DNA of 64,000 nucleotides from Candidatus Melainabacteria bacterium 17Bon1m (GTDB lineage: Bacteria; Cyanobacteriota; Vampirovibrionia; Obscuribacterales; Obscuribacteraceae), in contig JAVLKG010000004.1 of assembly GCA_032128875.1 (NCBI GenBank), positions 608,001 through 672,000 of the forward strand. The letters are read 5' to 3'. The notes under the pieces are model-generated. The model worked only from the letters and a program-made list of their open reading frames with translations. It was not told the DNA's origin and made no database searches. The translations under genes were made by a program, and so were the position numbers. Below, piece by piece: positions 58,572 through 64,000 of this stretch (its first letter is position 1; each line of letters opens with the position of its first letter).

Positions 58572-59444
58572 TTAAAGAACAATTTTTTCTGGAGAATAAG
58601 TAACTGATGAAGTCTCCTTCAGCAGGTCTTCCATCGTCGGTATCTCAGTCATCGTAGGCTTTTTGCCTTCAGGATAATCGAGGCGGAAAATCTTGGCGTT
58701 GGTAATGGACTTGTCCACGCCTGCATAGACCATCAGATAGACTTTCTTTCCTTCCCATCCGGCACCGAGAGAGCCTCCCGGCCCACCCATGCAATCAATC
58801 CAGCGCAGCGTCTTGCCTTCGACTGCAACCACCGGAAACTTCTTTTTCCATTCGGCGAAAGGCTCTTTACTTGAATAATGCCATTCGCGGCCGATCGTAT
58901 CGTTTTCGATCACATAGTTTTTGAAAACAATCGGCTCCTTAGCTTTCGGGTCCATCAGACCCGTCGCCATCGAACCATAGCAGCACTTCTTCAAGTCGCC
59001 AGCAAACAAAATTTCCGGCTCGTATTTGTAGTAGAGATACACAAAGCCACAGGACTCCCCACCCAGATTTCCGTTGTCGTTGGTCTCCGGATAAGTCATG
59101 TTGGGTGCGTCATTGAAGTTACCCCGGGGTTGCGTATGAAAGCGCAAACCTCCTTTTGTCCAGCCGGACGTAAGAACATTGATTGACTCCACCTTGGAGT
59201 CTTCGCCTACCGGCGGCTTTTTCAACGGCAACTTATTGGTGAATTCTTCCGGCTTCCAACCCTCCCCTTCTGCATCGCTGAAAGGGTGAAACGGTGAAAA
59301 ACGAACCGGTGCTTCTGGTGACGCAAAGTAATCGTCTTTGGTTGTAGCGGTCCTGTCACCGAAGTCGGCGCAGCCGGTAAGAAAAGTGGTGGAAAAAATT
59401 GCAGTGACCAATAATCCGCATAGCTGCACGGGCAATTTTTTCAT
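58572..59444 (-). CDS. Hypothetical lipoprotein
   Basis: Lipobox LTGC after a hydrophobic signal; GGAG RBS. Confidence 0.78.
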   Translation of the reverse strand: MKKLPVQLCGLLVTAIFSTTFLTGCADFGDRTATTKDDYFASPEAPVRFSPFHPFSDAEGEGWKPEEFTNKLPLKKPPVGEDSKVESINVLTSGWTKGGLRFHTQPRGNFNDAPNMTYPETNDNGNLGGESCGFVYLYYKYEPEILFAGDLKKCCYGSMATGLMDPKAKEPIVFKNYVIENDTIGREWHYSSKEPFAEWKKKFPVVAVEGKTLRWIDCMGGPGGSLGAGWEGKKVYLMVYAGVDKSITNAKIFRLDYPEGKKPTMTEIPTMEDLLKETSSVTYSPEKIVL

Positions 59445-59809
59445 TTAGAACTATCTCCGGAATCGGGATTCTTTTCGGTCACCAGCTAAAGAGATTCCAT
59501 ACTAAGCCAACATGCTAATACTACATAAGATAAGACCAAAGGTGGGCTCATGACTTCTATTCCCTTTCTTCAATTCTTGAAAAGTTTCGAAGATTGGAAG
59601 ATGTGAAGGTTCGGGCGTATATATCCAATTCCATTGCGTAAAGTAACTGTCACCGAATTGACGCTCTTTTGAAGATGAAGACTGGGCTTCCATCGGCGTT
59701 GCAAAGACGATTTAAGCTGCGTGAGCAAAGTTGAATCGACCGATTGGGGCTCCCAAACCCGTTGTCATCATGGATGTGGCGGTAAACTAGGACATAGTGG
59801 AGGGTCTGG

Positions 59810-62356
59810 ATGTCCGTCAATAACCCCCAGTCCACGGGGAGCAGCAAAACTTGCACAGCCTGCGGTCGCCGTTATCAAGGCGATATGACCGTGTGTCCCG
59901 ACGACAACATGCCACTGATGACCGTGCCGGACGAGGATTTAGTCGGCACAGTCCTGGAAAACAAATACGAAATTCTTGAAAAAATTGGCGCAGGCGGCAT
60001 GGGAGCCGTCTACAAAGCCAGACACCAACTTATGCACCGCCAGGTGGCTATCAAGATGGTCTTGGCACAGTTGAGCGCAAATTCGATGACCTTGAAGCGG
60101 TTCACGCAAGAAGCGCGCGCGACCAGTCAGCTCAACCATCCCAACATTCTGACTGTCTTCGATTTCGGGATTTCGCCAAGCAATCAACCTTATCTGGTCA
60201 TGGACTTTTTGGAAGGCGTTAATTTCGGACGCGTTCTGGAAGAAACACGCCAAATACCTGTCCCGAGAGCGATTGGGATATTTTTGCAAGTTTGTGCCGC
60301 ACTCGGTCATGCCCACCAGAAAGGCATTGTCCACAGAGATTTGAAGCCTTCCAACATCATGCTTATCGAGCTTGATGGGCAACCGGATTTTGTCAAAGTT
60401 CTCGATTTCGGAATTGCTAAAGTCCTCTCTTCAGTCGACGGTGAGACAGACAATCTAACTCGCACCGGAGAAGTATTCGGAAGCCCGTTGTACATGAGTC
60501 CGGAGCAATTCCGCGGCAAATCAATGGATGCACGCTCCGACATCTATTCGCTTGGTTGCGTCATGTACCGAAGCTTGGCAGGCATTTGCCCTGTCACCGG
60601 AAAAGATGTACTCGAATGCATGTACAAGCATGTCAACGAAACCATTCCGCCATTTTCAGTCACGGCGCCGGAAGCTGAAATTCCAGAACGCTTAGAGCAA
60701 ATCATCATGAAGGCGCTGGCCAAAAATCCAGACGATCGCTACGCATCGATGAATGATTTGAGAGCTGATTTAGAACAGTGCGCAGAAGAACTGGCTCTTG
60801 GTCCGCTCGGTCCCGCCTTTCTTCGCTCTGGCAACTTTACTGCGTCAGATCCGGCATTGATGGCTTTTCCCAGCGGTACCTATCGTTCTGTTGGTTTGAA
60901 TACACCATTACCATCGCAGATAAATACAGGAAGCGAGACACCTGCAGAACATCAAACAGCGCTGCAAAACGCACACGCAGCTGCAGAAGCCGCTGTTCAA
61001 GCGGCCGCCGACGCTCAAGACGCAGCTCTCGGAAAAACATCGGCTCAGGTGATTCCACCAGGCGGTTCTGTTCCGGAAGTTGAGACTCCAGCAAGCTGGG
61101 TAACTGCTCCTCATCAAATTCCGCAAGGTGCAGCCGAGCCAGTAGGAAATGTTACCGGTAGTATTTCAATTAGCGGTCCTACGGTGCCGGCCGACCAAGT
61201 GCGCAACATTGACTCCGGCGTAGCATCAAACAATCAGTTGGTGATCACTTATTCGCAACCGGTTGCTCAAGAAAAATCCGGGCTCGATAAGCGCATAATC
61301 ATTGCCGGTGCAGCAGTGCTCGTGCTTGGAGTCGGCGGTTTTGTGTTTTCCCAGATGGGTCACAATACTTCCCAGCCTGACCAGCCACATGTCGTTGCTA
61401 ATCCAAAAACATATGAAGACTTCACGTCGAGCGGACTCTCGCATTATTCTGAAGGTCGCTATGCGGACGCTGTCAAAGAGCTGAAGAAAGCTAATGATTT
61501 TGCTCGCAGTTTTGCCGAAACCGATAAACGCAAATTGGAGAGCTGGATCAATTTAGGTGAAGCGCATGTCGCCAACGACGACTACAAAGAAGCTGAAGCT
61601 TGCCTCAATCATGCAGCACTGATTCTGAGGAATACGAATCAAACGCAAGGCAAAGAATTCGCTCGCGTACAACAAGACCTTGGCGAACTGCGCCTTAACT
61701 CCGGCGACCTCAAAGCGGCCGAGACTTGTTTCAAAAAAGCACTCGACGTTCGTATGAAATTGTCCGGCACTGATAAAGAAGATGCCGCCGATTCGCTGCA
61801 AGGGCTCGCATCGATTTCAATTCAAAGACGCAATTACAAGGACGCAATCGCAAAGCTGCACGAAGCGCAGAAGTTGATTGAAACGACTTCCGGAAAAGAA
61901 GATCGTGACTACGTTGCCGTTGTAACCGACTTAGCCAGAGCCGAACAAATGGCTGCCACCAAGAAAGAACAACTTTCGACAATTCAAGCTGAGTACGAGC
62001 AGGCCTTGAGTTTGGGCACAAAAGTTTATCCACCTGACCATCCGCAGATTGGCAAGATCAATCTTGCACTTGCCACTATCCTCTATTCTGAAGACAAATT
62101 GGATGACGCCGAAGCACGCTTCAACGAAGCGATTCGCATCACAACGAAGAATGGCGGTGAGAAGAGCGTGGACATGGCTCAGATGAAAGCGTCTCTAGCT
62201 ATTTTGAACATGAGACAGCAGCGTTATGGTGGCGCCGAACAATTGTTTGCCGATGCTATCAAGATCGGCACGCAAAAGCTGGGCGAGACTAACGATGCTG
62301 TTCGCCGTTGGCAAAAATACAAAGCCGAGTGCGAAAAACTGCGCAGACGCGGCTAA
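59810..62356 (+). CDS. Receptor-type Ser/Thr kinase: Zn-ribbon, kinase, TM, extracytoplasmic TPRs
   Basis: CTAC-x10-CPDD; GAGGMGAVY, HRDLKPSN, DFG, GSPLYMSPE; TM IIIAGAAVLVLGVGGFVF; TPR repeats. Confidence 0.95.
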   Translation: MSVNNPQSTGSSKTCTACGRRYQGDMTVCPDDNMPLMTVPDEDLVGTVLENKYEILEKIGAGGMGAVYKARHQLMHRQVAIKMVLAQLSANSMTLKRFTQEARATSQLNHPNILTVFDFGISPSNQPYLVMDFLEGVNFGRVLEETRQIPVPRAIGIFLQVCAALGHAHQKGIVHRDLKPSNIMLIELDGQPDFVKVLDFGIAKVLSSVDGETDNLTRTGEVFGSPLYMSPEQFRGKSMDARSDIYSLGCVMYRSLAGICPVTGKDVLECMYKHVNETIPPFSVTAPEAEIPERLEQIIMKALAKNPDDRYASMNDLRADLEQCAEELALGPLGPAFLRSGNFTASDPALMAFPSGTYRSVGLNTPLPSQINTGSETPAEHQTALQNAHAAAEAAVQAAADAQDAALGKTSAQVIPPGGSVPEVETPASWVTAPHQIPQGAAEPVGNVTGSISISGPTVPADQVRNIDSGVASNNQLVITYSQPVAQEKSGLDKRIIIAGAAVLVLGVGGFVFSQMGHNTSQPDQPHVVANPKTYEDFTSSGLSHYSEGRYADAVKELKKANDFARSFAETDKRKLESWINLGEAHVANDDYKEAEACLNHAALILRNTNQTQGKEFARVQQDLGELRLNSGDLKAAETCFKKALDVRMKLSGTDKEDAADSLQGLASISIQRRNYKDAIAKLHEAQKLIETTSGKEDRDYVAVVTDLARAEQMAATKKEQLSTIQAEYEQALSLGTKVYPPDHPQIGKINLALATILYSEDKLDDAEARFNEAIRITTKNGGEKSVDMAQMKASLAILNMRQQRYGGAEQLFADAIKIGTQKLGETNDAVRRWQKYKAECEKLRRRG

Positions 62357-62361
62357 TTTTT

Positions 62362-63786
62362 CTACCTGCCGGTAAGTTCGCTAGGAACAAAGCCTATGTC
62401 CTTTGAGCCCAAAAGGCTCTTGGTCAAGCTTCCTCCTGCTACAACCATTTCGTGCATAGCTTCATCCAAATGGCGATCTCTAACTACAATAGGATCTCCA
62501 TCCGGCGCCGCGAAGAGAGCAGCTTTGCGCATTAGCTCGCCGATAAACGCACCGCTTGCTCCAGCCGTCCGCTTGATGAAGACTTCCATGTTCTCGCACT
62601 TGACGGTCAGTCCTTTGGAGTAAACATCGAAGAGACGTCGGCGACATTCCGCATCCGGAAGCGGCACTTCATAGGCCTGGTCTATGCGTCCAGGACGCGC
62701 AGCCAAAGCAGGTTCTAAAATCTCAGGACGATTAGTTGTGAGAACGAAAAGAACATCTACGTCATCAGACAATCCGTCCATCTCGTTCATCAGTTCTAGA
62801 AGAACGGCTTGATTGCAGCCATTGCTTGTAGTTCGATCTTCGGCGATTAAATCCACGTCTTCAATGATTACCATCGCCGGCTCTAGCCATCGAGCGAAAA
62901 ACGCCGTTCTGGCAATCAACCCCTGACCACGTCCAGTCACTAGAAGGACGGTCCGCTCTTTCATTGCCGAAGCCAGATACATTGAAGTCAATGTCTTGCC
63001 GGTACCTGGTTTGCCGTGCAAAAGAATTCCCCGCTTGAGTTTGCGTCCAGCGTTCTTCAGCGCTTGGCTGTATTGCCCAACATCTACCGTTTGTCTTTCA
63101 ATGCGCTTCAAAAGACCTTCTGGCAAAATAATCTGTTCGCGTGTGATTGCCGGGACGGTATGAAACTTAAGTGTGCCACCACCGCCCATCCCGGCAACTG
63201 AAGCAGGACCTTCAATCACTGAGAGCATCTTGCCGCGATAGACGTTGTTTTTGCCCATGTGACGCTGAATATCTTTGATGAACTTCTCTGCCGACTCACG
63301 ATTTTCCGACATTACGTCAATGACAATCGGCGAGGCGCCCGCAAAATCCATCATCGAGCCCTGGCGTAAAAGCAGAGCCAGTTTAGGATTTCCGGTTATC
63401 AAATACAATCCGCCTTGAACGCATGCGAGTTTGCGCCCGCTGTCGAGTTCCATATTTAGATACTGTACTGTTCCTTCTTTCGCTCCACCCAAACCAACAA
63501 AACTTGCCACTGATTGCGATGCGACAAGATCAGACAGCGATGTTCCAGTCAGGTTGTTCAAAAATCCACCCTGAATTCCCAAAATTGTTGTGCTGCGACC
63601 ATTCTTGGTAGTCAGCTCATCCAGGGCGATCTGAAGGTTCGCCTGATTGTATCTCTCAAACTGTTCGGTAACTATAGAGAGCGTGGCTGGATCCTTGCCC
63701 ATGTGCTCGCAAATTTTGGTCCTTAAATCCTTCGGCATCAGATTGCCCGGAACCAGATCTTTCATGTTGAAACCAGAGAAAGTCAT
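62362..63786 (-). CDS. AAA+ ATPase (classical AAA clade) with uncharacterised N-terminal domain (likely start ATG 63786)
   Basis: Walker A GKPGTGKT, Walker B VIIEDVD, SRH TTNRPEILEPALAARPGRID; GGAGG RBS. Confidence 0.9.
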   Translation of the reverse strand: MTFSGFNMKDLVPGNLMPKDLRTKICEHMGKDPATLSIVTEQFERYNQANLQIALDELTTKNGRSTTILGIQGGFLNNLTGTSLSDLVASQSVASFVGLGGAKEGTVQYLNMELDSGRKLACVQGGLYLITGNPKLALLLRQGSMMDFAGASPIVIDVMSENRESAEKFIKDIQRHMGKNNVYRGKMLSVIEGPASVAGMGGGGTLKFHTVPAITREQIILPEGLLKRIERQTVDVGQYSQALKNAGRKLKRGILLHGKPGTGKTLTSMYLASAMKERTVLLVTGRGQGLIARTAFFARWLEPAMVIIEDVDLIAEDRTTSNGCNQAVLLELMNEMDGLSDDVDVLFVLTTNRPEILEPALAARPGRIDQAYEVPLPDAECRRRLFDVYSKGLTVKCENMEVFIKRTAGASGAFIGELMRKAALFAAPDGDPIVVRDRHLDEAMHEMVVAGGSLTKSLLGSKDIGFVPSELTGR

Positions 63787-64000
63787 TCTTTGTCCTCCAG
63801 CTATGCGGCGCAATCACTGCACCTGATTTAGATATCGACGTATGGTCCAGCCTTGCAAATGAAACTACATGCATTCCATTACAAGGCCGAAAGTGACGCA
63901 ATCGAAAGGATGCACTGCTTTTCTTAATTAGCGCAAAATGAGCGCTATTCCGGGCGTTTGGAAAGGGCGCCGGCAGGCAAACACCATATAATTATGGTTC

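Overview
A 64 kb bacterial chromosomal window with about 50 protein genes and one tRNA-Leu(TAA). I found no transposase, integrase, phage genes, rRNA or CRISPR array. Housekeeping and metabolic genes include fabZ, lpxA, icd, ppc, tryptophan 2,3-dioxygenase, a D-aminoacylase, an acyl-CoA ligase, a CaiB CoA-transferase, an M1 aminopeptidase and a GH63/37-like hydrolase. They are mixed with many TPR proteins, Zn-ribbon Ser/Thr kinases and stand-alone MshEN-repeat proteins, a profile that suggests a non-photosynthetic cyanobacterial relative (Vampirovibrionia/Melainabacteria); this is inference only. Top signals: (1) Two tandem exported paralogs (42625-43712, minus) both end Gly-TGA-X-TAG and are followed by a nearly identical GC-rich hairpin with an AGGU-containing apex at SECIS-like spacing. 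They are candidate new selenoproteins with penultimate Sec (..GGG-U-N and ..CGPRG-U-R). (2) A 28-bp dif (XerC/D)-like site at 32608-32635 has two homologous 8-bp-period GACAATAC arrays about 1 kb to either side. (3) A Dnmt2-type methyltransferase with the CFT motif. (4) Four tandem secreted glycine-zipper-like paralogs. (5) A secreted peptide with three GGWDxNN repeats. (6) A c-di-GMP effector set: a degenerate GGDEF protein, three MshEN proteins, one with a Q/P prion-like linker. All calls are by eye, with no database searches.
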